DNA of 63,890 nt, the filler included, from Octopus bimaculoides (taxonomy: Eukaryota): the NCBI RefSeq assembly GCF_001194135.2. It is 5 parts of 5 records of this genome, joined end to end, with 100 filler letters (N's around TTAATTAATTAA, not from the genome) between each part and the next. Parts side by side here need not be neighbours in the genome. Positions count along the whole stretch, not along the records: positions 48,236 to 59,114 come from NC_068995.1; positions 59,215 to 63,890 come from NC_068985.1; 3 more parts are not named here. One strand, 5' to 3'. The notes under the pieces were generated by a model. It saw nothing but the letters and a program-made list of their open reading frames with translations, was not told where the DNA came from and ran no database searches. The position numbers and the translations under genes were made by a program. Positions 49,941 to 63,489 of the stretch are shown piece by piece (the stretch's first letter is position 1; every line of letters begins with the position of its first letter).

Positions 49941-50030
49941 GAAGAAGAAGAAGAAGAAGAAGAAGAAGAAGAAGAAGAAGAAGAAGAAGAAGAAGAAGAA
50001 GAAGAAGAAGAAGAAGAAGAAGAAGAAGAA
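49941..50030. repeat. (GAA)n microsatellite
   Basis: About 30 perfect units. Confidence 0.95.
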
Positions 50031-50883
50031 TTGAAGTTTATATGTGAATGATAAGCGTAATATAAAAAGAAATATAACTATATGTAGACAATCTTCGAAA
50101 TTTTGATTTATAAAGCATGAGAATTAAGTTAGTGAAATTAAAATAAGAGTTGAATAATATTATATCCTATAGTAGCGAATTGAGGATATCGGTAGGGAAC
50201 AAAAGTTATTCTACAAAAATAAGGTGTTTAAAAGTGGCTGAATATGTTTCTCATAATATCTCTATTTAATAAGCAAGCGCACCATGAACACTAGTAGACC
50301 AGCTTCATGATAATGTTAAGAAAATAAAATGCGATTGGAGAGTTGTATCCCAACCGAAGAACAGAGTAAGAGAAAATTATATCAACTTAGAAATATTTAT
50401 GAACTTATGAACAATAGATGGCTCGACTTTATATTACGAAGTAAAAGCTTGTCAAACAGACTTGGCATTACATTGAGAGTCAAAGTAATGATAGCAAATA
50501 TTTAATTTCGAAATATCCCCTCGAAGGATATCAGAGTGCAATAGAAAGTCTGCAATAAATTTCCTAATAAATTGAATTCAAGAAAGAAAAGGAAAGAGAG
50601 ATATATAGCGTGTGGGAAAAATAGATATATTTCCAGTGTGTTACATAACTACGTAGATGAATGTTAGAAATTTCAAAATGTTTTGAAGATATAAGAACGT
50701 ATTTGCAATGGGCATAAAGTATGTGTTATATATAACCGTAATGTTCGCATTTGAATTTAAACCATTATATTAAGTATAAAGCATCGGAGCAGAGGAATGA
50801 GCAGTCTTAAATTTAGATGAGCTACTGACATTCATCATCGCATTCTCTTCAATAATAACTTCAATTCTACCATATATATATAG

Positions 50884-51142
50884 CGCCGGTGTGTAATAAG
50901 AAGCTTGCTTCCCAACCATAAGGTTCTGAGTTCAACTCCACGGCGTTGCACCTTGGGCAATTGTCTTTGATTATAGCTTCGGGCCAACCAAAACCTTGTG
51001 AATGGATTTGGTAGACAGAAATTGAAAGAAGCCTGTCGCATATATGCGTGTGTTTGTGTGTGACTTTGTGTCTGTGTTTGTCCCACCACCATCGCTTGAC
51101 AACCGGTGTTTGTGTGCTCACGTCGCCGCAATTTAACGATTC
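50884..51142 (+). mobile_element. CORE-type SINE (family 1), 3' part lost in a gap
   Basis: GCACCTTGGGCAATTGTCTT core; similar to 29862-30256. Confidence 0.8.
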
Positions 51143-51669
51143 NNNNNNNNNNNNNNNNNNNNNNNNNNNNNNNNNNNNNNNNNNNNNNNNNNNNNNNNNN
51201 NNNNNNNNNNNNNNNNNNNNNNNNNNNNNNNNNNNNNNNNNNNNNNNNNNNNNNNNNNNNNNNNNNNNNNNNNNNNNNNNNNNNNNNNNNNNNNNNNNNN
51301 NNNNNNNNNNNNNNNNNNNNNNNNNNNNNNNNNNNNNNNNNNNNNNNNNNNNNNNNNNNNNNNNNNNNNNNNNNNNNNNNNNNNNNNNNNNNNNNNNNNN
51401 NNNNNNNNNNNNNNNNNNNNNNNNNNNNNNNNNNNNNNNNNNNNNNNNNNNNNNNNNNNNNNNNNNNNNNNNNNNNNNNNNNNNNNNNNNNNNNNNNNNN
51501 NNNNNNNNNNNNNNNNNNNNNNNNNNNNNNNNNNNNNNNNNNNNNNNNNNNNNNNNNNNNNNNNNNNNNNNNNNNNNNNNNNNNNNNNNNNNNNNNNNNN
51601 NNNNNNNNNNNNNNNNNNNNNNNNNNNNNNNNNNNNNNNNNNNNNNNNNNNNNNNNNNNNNNNNNNNNN

Positions 51670-51980
51670 CAACAGACGAAGACAGGTGGTGTAGAAAACA
51701 AATAGATGTATTAGTATAAGGCTCGGGAATTGAGAAACTCTTTAACGTTTCTAGCCTACGCTCTTCCACAGAAAGGAACACAGAAAGAAACAAGGAGAGA
51801 AACAAGGAGAGAAAATGTGTGTAGCGGTCAGCGATCTATCATGGCGAATGACGGACAGAAGGGTCACACAGGAGAGTGAAGAAGAAGGGGACATAACAAA
51901 GTAGTAGTGATCTCAAAACGAAGGTTCGTGTGTGTAAGAGAATGCTGGTGATCTTAACGTATGCATGTGTGTATGTAGGT
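51670..51980 (-). mobile_element. Probable Penelope-like element remnant (pLTR region)
   Basis: Carries the hammerhead-like GAAACGT motif typical of PLE repeats; no RT or GIY-YIG ORF seen. Confidence 0.45.
51740..51775 (-). ncRNA. Degenerate minimal type-I hammerhead ribozyme fold
   Basis: CUUU-CUGUGGA-A-GAGC(GUAG)GCUA-GAAAC-GUU-AAAG: stem I, core, stem II, GAAA, palindromic stem III and UH site are in canonical order; A6 is U and stem II has one mismatch. Confidence 0.5.
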
Positions 51981-52747
51981 GTGAAAATGTGGGGATGGGA
52001 ATTGGTCAGTGCTGGTGTGTGCATGGTGGTGTGTTGTGATGTGATGTGTTGTGTGGTATGGCGTAGCGCGGTGTGTGATGGTGTTGGGAGGTAGGGGAGC
52101 CGAGAGTGGGGAAAGCACGGGTGAGGGTGAAGGTAGAGTTGGGGTATGTGTGTAGGCAGACGTTATATATATATATATATANNNNNNNNNNNNNNNNNNN
52201 NNNNNNNNNNNNNNNNNNNNNNNNNNNNNNNNNNNNNNNNNNNNNNNNNNNNNNNNNNNNNNNNNNNNNNNNNNNNNNNNNNNNNNNNNNNNNNNNNNNN
52301 NNNNNNNNNNNNNNNNNNNNNNNNNNNNNNNNNNNNNNNNNNNNNNNNNNNNNNNNNNNNNNNNNNNNNNNNNNNNNNNNNNNNNNNNNNNNNNNNNNNN
52401 NNNNNNNNNNNNNNNNNNNNNNNNNNNNNNNNNNNNNNNNNNNNNNNNNNNNNNNNNNNNNNNNNNNNNNNNNNNNNNNNNNNNNNNNNNNNNNNNNNNN
52501 NNNNNNNNNNNNNNNNNNNNNNNNNNNNNNNNNNNNNNNNNNNNNNNNNNNNNNNNNNNNNNNNNNNNNNNNNNNNNNNNNNNNNNNNNNNNNNNNNNNN
52601 NNNNNNNNNNNNNNNNNNNNNNNNNNNNNNNNNNNNNNNNNNNNNNNNNNNNNNNNNNNNNNNNNNNNNNNNNNNNNNNNNNNNNNNNNNNNNNNNNNNN
52701 NNNNNNNNNNNNNNNNNNNNNNNNNNNNNNNNNNNNNNNNNNNNNNN

Positions 52748-52781
<34 letters not shown>

Positions 52782-54859
52782 CGAGTGACAGACATATAGT
52801 CAGATAGATAGATAGATAGATTGGTACATGTACTCACGAATACACACAAGCATACAATGTTGAGTCAAATAAGATATAACTACATGGTCATTCAACCTCC
52901 CAGAAATAGCTGCAAAGTCTTAATCGAATCATTAAGCTTAACAACAGAAAATATTTTACAATGGGCCCTGGAATAGCAATTAACTGTTATAGGTAGATGT
53001 AGAAAAACTGATGGGGCTCATCCAGTTGGCAGTGAAAGCTAGTTAATATTCACCAGTTGATAACAATTTATTTTGAAGTTAATTTTCCTGGGAAGTTTGC
53101 AAAGCTGCAATATCCTATTCTGTTTGGTTTCCAGTGGAAAAGAAAGAACTGCATTTATCACCATTTGTCAGTGAATGCAATTAACTCTTTATTGAAATTG
53201 ATACTACATATGTATCCGTGAGATTATCGACGATTTTCTGAGCATGCGATCATGCGCTATTAGAAATAAATGAGCTTATTTGCTTGAATGCCATCTAATA
53301 TGTCCATTAAGTGATGGAAATGGCCTATTTTACTTGAGAAACACCTATAAAACTCACTCACGAACACACACATACCACACATACGCTGTTGTACAACTTC
53401 TTTTCTTTATTCTGATTTTTCCCATTTTCTCAAGCACAAATACACTCTGGAACATATACATTTAGACATGCACACACGCACATTTTGAGTGAGCAATTGA
53501 AAATATACACAAATATGATCGTTTATCAATGTTAATTAAGTATTTAGTACATGAGATTGATGTGTTTCATTTCAGGACAAACAGTTCGTGACTATAAGTG
53601 GAAGTTAGTTTCGACAATATGCATTTCAATGCTTGTATTTAAACGGTTCATTTCGTGCTTAAAACTTTCGTGATTGTAACTAATACTGACAGACATGTCA
53701 TGCTACAGCGTGAAATATGAGTAATTATTGATCAGCATATCATATATTCCATTTTACAGTTCCTAACCCACTTTACCGTTCTCTAGCAACAACTTTATAC
53801 TTATACATACACATATACATATATAAATACATAGGCCTGTTTAAAACACATAATCCGTAGTCATACTTCCATAAAATACAATAATAAAGTAACTCCATTA
53901 ATTTCCTTCTACTCAAAAGTTAAACTATTTGAAGCTGTCATCAATCGTAGACGATGCAAAACCCAACATAGAAAGCATTAGTTAGAATATTGTTAACAGT
54001 GAGAATATTTCTGAAATACTACCAGGCATTTAGGTAAGAAATCATATCTCGAGTCATCCAGAGTAGAATAAAAACGGTTATCTACCAACAAATAAATTTG
54101 AACTCATTATGACCGAAAGATCAAAAGGAAGAACCTAAAATTGAAACCCCAAAATGATTAAAATATATCCAGCACGAAATTGCCGAATTCAAAATATGTC
54201 CCTCTGTGTAACTCATCTGTCGTCTTTAACACAATAATACCAATAAAGATGAATGATGGTCGTTAAATCTACTTCACCAAATATGCTTTCAACTTGTAGC
54301 CTTTCTTGGAGCGATATGCATAGGAAGGAAAATATGTAACAAGTTGCCAAGATGAAAATATGAATGCATTTAGTTTTATAGATTGAGAAGATAACTCTAT
54401 AACGTACGTTGTCTCCCTTATTCTTTTACAATTCTCTGCTTGCTACATCTTCCACACGTCTTCGAACATTTACGCTTGCACAGTTGTCTCTCTATCTGTA
54501 TTGCCATTTTTCTATTAATCCTATGTGACTTCCAACATCATCACTGCTCTCATGGAAAATGAATATATTTATAAGTGAAATTTCCTATCAGTAACCATCT
54601 TCCATATCTATTCTGCTCAAGAACAGCACAACCCTAAACGCTTTGTTACACCAGCTGCCCGGTAGTAGCTCAGTCAGTACACATGTGACTATCCTTTCGT
54701 TAAGAAAAGTATCTACGTAAGATGTATCTATCATATATGTTGCTTTAGATTGCTTACAATCGGCTCGTGAGATGCAACATCGTTTAGAATATTTAGAATA
54801 TTTATCTAACATTTCAGAGACGACCAAGTCACACAGTCAGAACCTGAAATATATATATA

Positions 54860-54891
<32 letters not shown>

Positions 54892-54892
54892 T

Positions 54893-54928
<36 letters not shown>

Positions 54929-54954
54929 GTGCGTGTGTGTGCGTGTTTGTATGT

Positions 54955-55160
54955 GTTTGTGTGTTTGTCCCCTCAACATCGCTTCACAACCGATGCTGGT
55001 GTCTTTACGGCCCCCGTAACCTAGCGGTTCGTCACAAGAGTTCGATAGAATAAATACTAGGCTTACAGAGAATAAGTCTTGGGGTCGATTTGCTCGACTA
55101 AAGGTGGTGCTCCAGTAGGGCCGCAGTCAAATGACTGAAACAAGTAAAAGAATAAAAGAA
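54955..55160 (+). mobile_element. 3' half of a family 1 SINE following a (TG)n tract
   Basis: GTTTGTCCCC...GGGGTCGATTTGCTCGACTAAAGG...GAAACAAGTAAAAGA. Confidence 0.85.
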
Positions 55161-56317
55161 TATGAGTAAAACAGCTAATTTCAAATTTGCGATAACCAGC
55201 TAGAAAATATGTTTTGCAGCGTTTAAAAGGTAGTAACATGGTCCTACGCAGACCTACCACCGTAGATTCGCAATTAGAATTCACTATGCATTATAGTTAC
55301 AACTTAGTTCTAATTCAGAGATTTAAAACAAACTGTTTTACTCATTACGAGATCAGTGATTGTCCGTCACTTCTATATTTATATACTGTGACTAGGGTCG
55401 AGCAAGCTGCTGTCAGTAGTCGTTGGTTGTCCAGCACCGAGGACGGGAAATTACCCAGATACATTTGGTCTGTAGGTACTACTAGTGGCTAGGAGGGAGT
55501 ACTACACTCTCTTGTTCACAGTATATTTCAGACACAGGTTGGGTGTCGATACCCAGCTGAAAAAGATGTTTTCCTGGAGATGAAAGGTAGTAACATGGTC
55601 TTACCTTACACTGTCAAGCAGAATTTAATATGTACATATATTAAACGAGATACGCAACATTTAATCGTACTGCTCTGACAAAATCCTAAATAAGTTGGGT
55701 AATCTTGATGATGAGGATTATGTATTACACCTTCTAATTACAGTGTGCCCAAACAGTATTCTCCGACCAGGAAGATATTGCTATTTACCCTATGTATGCG
55801 ATTAAACAACATTACTTAACATTTTAGTGTTATATGTGAGCGTTTAACTAGAAACAAACAATGCACATATTAATAAGAAGGGTTGAAATTGCTGCATGCT
55901 AGATTTTACAGCTCTAGCATCACTCCTTCAAAGACAGTCTACGAATTCTTCAGACCACTAATAATCTGTAATAATCTGTAGAGTTAGATGAAATATACTA
56001 TAGAGGAATATTGGTATTCAATACGTTCCCTTTACAGGTTCGACACAACCAATACACAATATCTGCTCGTATTTATGTGCTATATCTATTTATTCAAATT
56101 AAAATTGACATTTGCGAAAAAGCAATCTGTTAGTGACAAATGCCATTTTTTGGCATGATAATGGAATAATTAACTGAGTTGTTTAACTGAGTTAATTTCT
56201 AACTAGCGTATTCTTTAAATACCGAAGAAAACGTTTTTGTATAACGCTTAAAATGTCAATACATATATAATTAAGCAATTAAATCTTACTCCGTTCCGTA
56301 TGTCTATCTGCTTATCT

Positions 56318-56442
56318 CTCTCTCACTCTCACCGTCTCTCTCTCACTCTCACCGTCTCTCTCTCACTCTCACCGTCTCTCTCTCTCTCTCTCTCTCACCG
56401 TCTCTCTCTCNNNNNNNNNNTCTCTCTCTCACCGTCTCTCTC
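56318..56442. repeat. Compound (CT)n / CTCACCGT minisatellite, unit about 18 bp
   Basis: CTCTCACCGTCTCTCTCT(CA) repeated about 5 times, with a 10-N gap inside. Confidence 0.85.
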
Positions 56443-57646
56443 TCTGTATGTATATATGTGTGTGTGTGTGTGTGACGTATATGCGTGTTTCTATATATTT
56501 AAAATGTCACGGATAAATTAATTAATTTTCTATTTCTACGAAAGCTTTTTGTGAAAGAAATTTGTTAAAATGAGGTGAATACCGATAAAGAAAGCATTGA
56601 AATAATTGGTTTCTGATTTACACTCAGGTCCAACAGTTTTGACTCCAATACATGCCTGGTACTTATCTTTATCGATCCCGAAATGATGAAAACCAAAGTT
56701 CTTTAGCGCGTTATTTGAATTTAGAAATAAACGAGGCAGAAGTATGTAAGGTTGTGTGAATGTGTGTGCGTGCGCGCGCGTATTTGTGTGAATGTGTGAT
56801 TGCATACGAACTCATACATATGGTCATAATATTGAATTCACATAGTGGCACAAGGTCAGCAACTTCAGGGGACCTTAGTGTTCAACTGGTACTGATTTGA
56901 TCGACTCCGAGAGAAGGAAAGTCGAGCACGGCGGCATTTGATCTAAGAACAAAAAGTCGGAACGAATGCGTCTTTGCATTTTGACCGGCGTATTAACGAT
57001 TCTGTCAGCTCACCGGCTTCACATACCCATAATATTATGTTTATGGTGTTTCATCGAATCCGATAATACCTGTAATTATTGATTCTATATCCCAAGATGA
57101 CTATACATTTTAGAGATTTGCAACAACAGAAAACGCAGCCTAGGGGGCAACCTCAGATGTACGAGATGACCAACTATGCCTTTTCAAACATGTCACTAAT
57201 GAAATATCAGTAAATAAACGACATAAATGGTATTCCAACCACCACCTGAAGCATATTGCAGAGTTTACCAGTACGGTGCCGATTTACAGTATTATTCAGG
57301 GTGTATTGTTCTCAGTATTACTACTGTTTGCTCTGACGGAGATAGATCCTGTGGCATTATGAAAGAGGACTGTGGAAATGTGGATGCTGCAATCCTTTCA
57401 TTCAAAACCTGCGTTTTTTCTGTTTTAATTTGCCTTTCTTTCCTTTCACGGTCCTGTAGCCCCTGTCATTTTAAACAGAAAACATCGGAGTAGTGTCGGT
57501 ATATTATCCTCATGATTGCTAAGAAGTGTTTAGCTATGTCCTTTTCGTAAAAAGATGATCTGACAATAAGCAGTGACCATTACGGTAGTCTTATTGTACG
57601 GTCTTTCATGAACCCGGGCGTATGTGTGTGTATATATGCAAACACT

Positions 57647-57694
<48 letters not shown>

Positions 57695-57703
57695 CATATG
57701 TTA

Positions 57704-57734
<31 letters not shown>

Positions 57735-58440
57735 TCCATCTCCATATATATATATAAATATATATATAGACACATACACACATACATAACTATCAAAAAA
57801 GAAAGTGCCATGGAAGAAATATGTAGAACCCCTTCTATTGCTGAGTACACACACACATCAGCACAAGTGGGTGGGAAACGTTCCACTAACACGTTGGTGG
57901 CACAACACCATCAAAACGTCTCCCAGGTGTAAATGCAGCAGACCAGGTATTGTTGTTTCGGACTGACAAGAAAATATAAGCACTGCCGTACTGCACAGCT
58001 TCCCAGCTTATGTGAAAACCAAAGAGAACAGGGGTAACTGCTGACAGTTGCTTCGTATCTTCGAGCTTCTATATAATGATCATAAATTCACGTTTTTACC
58101 AGTTAACGTTGGTCCAGTTGATTTCGTTACTGAATGTCTAAGCGACGATCTAGAAAAGTTAGGGTTTTCAGGAAAAAAAAGATGCACCTGAGAATTCGAA
58201 CTTGACAATCTGTAAGTGGAACAGTGAAGTTAGGCCAGAAGTTTCTCAAGTTTAAAATGTGATTTTTCTTTTTTCGTATCTAGATTCCGACAATAAAACT
58301 TTGAATTTCAATTCATGTTGGAACCCGAGATTTTCTTTAGAGGAAGACTTCAAATATTTAAAAACAGTAGAGAAGCTACTTATATATAAACACACATATA
58401 TACATATACTTAAATAAACACACATGTACATACATACATT

Positions 58441-58492
<52 letters not shown>

Positions 58493-59634
58493 TATGTATA
58501 TAAAATTGCGTAACAGATAATTAGCCAGCGGTGTCTTCACTTCTGTCTGATCATCGATCGCAAGATAGTTCTAAGTGAGAGGTTATGGAATTTCTTTATT
58601 TTGCTTGCATCTATGTGTGTGTTTGTGTGTGCCTATGTGTGCTAGTTTATATATGTATATATGGAAATATGAGTTGCGCACAGATATATGGATACTCGAA
58701 ACGTTGAAGCGAACGTGTAGTAAAACCTATTTCCAAGTGATTAACGCCTACGAGTCAATATGTCTGTGACCAGTGTTTTTGACCAGCGTTTAGTAACGTT
58801 TTGTCACACTATTGTAACCAATAGACAGAAATCAACAAAAATCCGTCTCGATATATGAAATAGATTTTTTTCTTCTCCAGCAACGTATCAATAAGTATCA
58901 TTTTTCAATACACATTCCATTCAATGCTTTTGTTCTCGAGACATTTCCTTTCAAATTCTAACCTTTGTTCGTCAAAGACTGTCTAAAATTCTTGGTTTGT
59001 AAAACATGTCTCTCTCGTAAACAAATGAACAAAAGTGAGTCATTCACACACACATAAGTACACTTCCAGTTCTCTCTCTCTCTCTCTCGCGCAATTTCCA
59101 TATATATATATATANNNNNNNNNNNNNNNNNNNNNNNNNNNNNNNNNNNNNNNNNNNNTTAATTAATTAANNNNNNNNNNNNNNNNNNNNNNNNNNNNNN
59201 NNNNNNNNNNNNNNATATATATATATATATATATATACATATCTCTGGGAGTCTAAGAAGCCTCATCTGTTTCTAGACTGGGTAATATCTTGGAGAAGTA
59301 CTGACATTATATTTGCCTACAGTACCAAGCATACAATAACGACGTCGGAAGCAGGACATTGGATAACAAAAAAAGGCGGCAGGGTCCTTCTCCCAAGGCT
59401 TGGTTATTGCGGGCAAGCGGATGATCTGTACCATCAGACAGCGGTTGGATGTCAACTAGCTAGTGAGCTGATACTGCAGGGCTGACTCAACGTGGTCTAT
59501 GTCCATTGCACTCTTGTACAGTACTATTTACTTGACATGGTGAAACAGAGAAGCAGTCTGCTGGTAGGGGGACAGTGCCTTACTAACCATCTAATCCAGA
59601 GCCAAAATAATCAACATGTACATACAACGGAGAG

Positions 59635-59701
<67 letters not shown>

Positions 59702-60654
59702 AGAGTGAGAGGGGGAGAGAGAGAAAGAAAGAGAGATCGACACAAATATATACATGAGTATATGAGTTATGATTACTGGATGTCAACAACGTTTCAAACA
59801 ACGTGAAATACGTAAACAAACTAGTTAAATACGTAAACAACAAGACAAAATGGTAAACAGGACAAGTAAGCACAGAGAAAGGACTCTTTATCAGCTAGCA
59901 GCTGTCTATCGACTCTTCATTTCAAGCATTCAACGACAACATATGTCTATATATATATACGTAAATGCCGAAGGATAGAAATGAGTGCTCGAAACTGCAT
60001 TGGAGGATATAATTTCTTTTTGCGAATTAAGGCTACCATTGGTTTCATGTCAAGTAAAGGAGGAAAATATCCTGGTGTCTTAACAATTTTCCCAGCCGGT
60101 CACATGGTACTGCAAAGTGAGTTCTTCTCACTAGTGTGATGTATGACTACTGTTGTACTGTAGTTGCTGGCAGCCACAATACTTACTACTCATCGGATAC
60201 CGTTGTATCTCTTCGTACCAGAATAGTAATACACTAACTTCTGTTTTACTATCACTGTTAGCTCCACAACGACTAAAACTATCGAATCTCAACTCTTCGA
60301 CTCTTGACCCTCTCTTGACAACCGGAAACTGGTCTATTCATAATGGCTGATTCCTATCACTTTTCACCAGAGGGATATAAAGTTTCACAATACAGCACAT
60401 GCAGAAATGTGTTCACCTACAATTTAGAAAACACAGCTTCGTTTAGGCCGCGTGTATTCTCGTGAATTCACGTGAATAAAGCAATGAATCAAGGGACGCT
60501 TGTCTCTCTTGGATGTGTCACTTGGGCAAATCGCTGAGTGGTCAATTTGCTTGCATTATTTTATTTTTGTTCTGGGCATGGAGTTCTTATACTTGTGTGC
60601 TGCGATAGTTCGTCATTGTGTGCTATACGTATTCAGATTTCTTGTTTAGGAAAG

Positions 60655-60820
60655 GGGCTGTCCTGCTGGGATTACTGTCGCAGATAGTGTTCAAGATCGA
60701 CTTTGCTTTCATCCTTTCAGGGACGATAAATTAAGTACCAGTTGCGTACTCGGGTCGATCTATTCGAATGGCATCCTCTCCCAAAATTTCGGGCATTGTG
60801 CCTAGTGTACAAAAGAAAAA
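60655..60820 (+). mobile_element. SINE family 3 (related copies near 16930 +, 42085 -, 56590 -, 56845 -)
   Basis: GACTTTGCTTTCATCCTTTC...GATAAATTAAGTACCAG...GGGTCGAT...TTGTGCCTAG. Confidence 0.7.
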
Positions 60821-62806
60821 AATAGTTGCTCTTCTTTAAAATATTTGAGTGTAGAATTTTGCTTGCGTATGCAGGGAGAGAAGGCTTCAATTCGAGAATG
60901 TTATCAGTTGATTGTATAATGCTTAATTTTTCAAGCAGAAATTAGGTTACTCAAATTTGCTTTGCCGTGGAATATATTTCACTTCTTTAACGACTTCATG
61001 TTTTAGGGTGAATGTACATTTACTCACATAATATATAGAATATGCACTGTCTTCATGTATATAATCATTTTACTGATAAAAAAAGTTCGGATACACACAT
61101 GTAGGCGCACGCGAGCGCGCGTGTTTGTTTGTGAGCGCACGACTTTTTCATGATTTATGTGTATATGAATCTCATAAATTCTATGACTTGATGACCAGTC
61201 ATTGAAATCGAGAAATATGAACTTTCCGTAAATTTACGAGAGGTTATTTCATTAATGTAAAATATGTTAGCTCAGAAACCATGCATTCAAAAGCAGTTGT
61301 AATCAAAACTTAATAATAATGGTGATATTCAATTAATTGGTTATCGATAAACATGTTTGCTTGCAGATATTCAATGAGATTTGATGAAACGGATAAAATC
61401 AATAATTAGAAATCAATACACACCCAAGTACATGCACGCACACATATATTTATATATATATATATGTATGTGTATTCAGTTAAAGATTATTAATATATGC
61501 TACTTATTTTATGTGATTGATTTTGATGCAAAATTGATACACTTCATACCGTTCACATGTTGCATACTCTGGAAGATTATAAAATACAGTCAGCTACAAA
61601 CAAGGAGAATAGTTCAATTCGTTGTAAATGAATTCAAATACATATTTTTATTCATCGTTGTACATATTTTCTCAATGATTCATCGGTAACGTTAGATGTT
61701 TCTTCTGGAAAATTAAAGAAATTCATACTATATATATATGGTTTAGAAGATGCTCGTTGTGAAGAATGGCAATATAGTTCTTATATATAATGAAAACATG
61801 TACCCAAACAAAAGGAAAATAGACTATAAAGTTTGATACTGGAGATAAACATCCAATCTTCTAAATGCTACACATATACTTCCAGGATGTTTTCTCATAA
61901 AGAAAAAAAAATCATTGAATATAGAATCTCAAACTTTACATGAGCTACTGGAAAAAAAAAAACTAGTACGTTTCACCCATCCAAATGTCAAAATTTCGTA
62001 ATCTGATAAATTAATAGATATGCAGTGATAGATATCTTTTATATGCCCACGTACCTTTATAAACGTGAATATTAAATTGTAAATATAATATTCATAGCAT
62101 CAGAAGAATTATTTATTTTGAACTATTTAGAGAGGAGAAATTCGTAACAAATGCATATGTATTTCCATTCAAATACATTTCTTTCTCATTTTATCTGTAA
62201 ATTTCTCGGAAATATTAAACGTGACGTCGTAGCAGATTCTTCGACTTATAAGTTTCAAAAAGAATGCATTGAAATTTTCATGAGTCATATTGCTTTCGTT
62301 TCAAGGCCAGAATATGTTGATTTAATAGTATAACGTACAATTTTGAAAAAAATGTTACGGGTAAAGAGAGTGTGGTGAAATATAAATAATATTATGTTAT
62401 ATTTATATTGCAGAAATTCTAAAGTTGTAAGTAATAACGTTTTTAGGAGTTATAGAATACAGTGAGAAATTTGTAATTAAATCAAGTCGCTCATAGATTG
62501 AGAAATCCAGGGCATATATATTACAGTCAGGAAAGAGAAAGAATATAGAAAATGAAAATATTGACAAAATGTGATTATGTTGCATGAGTCATACACAATG
62601 GGAATAACTATTAAAGACATCTTAAATTTAGGTTGTTTCTATGTGAGTAATATTGTTTTTGTATCTCTTATATTTTACTTGTTTCAGTCATTAGATTGCG
62701 CCCATGCTGCAGCCACCTTATCATAATTTCTTATTTTAGTAACGGTAATAATACTTTATTAAAATTACATGCATACATACATGCATACATACATCATATA
62801 TATATA

Positions 62807-62854
<48 letters not shown>

Positions 62855-62940
62855 CACACGCATATAAACGGATACATATATATATATATGTATGTACATA
62901 TATATATGTATATACTCATGTATATATAGATATAAGTATT

Positions 62941-62989
<49 letters not shown>

Positions 62990-63489
62990 GATTGTGTGTA
63001 TACATAATTTTTTAAGAGGATAACAAACGTTAAATCAAGACAAATATCTCAAGTCATATACGTTATTATTATTGGAAAAATTCAAAGTCTTACAGCTCTG
63101 TCTGGGATGTCCCAGAGTATGGGATATTCCGTCTTTGGAGACAAATAAGGAAAATGAGAAGAGTATAGAGTTAAGTGATGACGACCCATAGGAGAGGAGA
63201 AAAGTAATAAGGAGATGAAGAAAGAAAGCATAAATGTTCAGATTTCAAATTTCCAATCATGCAGAAGTAAGTCCGTAACGCCTTAGGGGCAATCCTGTGT
63301 AAATGCATGTCGGTTAAACTCCTAAACGTGTAAATATCCAGAAATGGAGGCGAATGTTCAATGGTATCAGAGGTGGTTATTAAACGGTACCAAGAAAGAA
63401 AAATAGACATATAGAATGTTCATGCAAAGAGGTACAATGCCACTCGAAATATGTAAATATGTGTATTTTTATTAATATTTTGTAGATCT

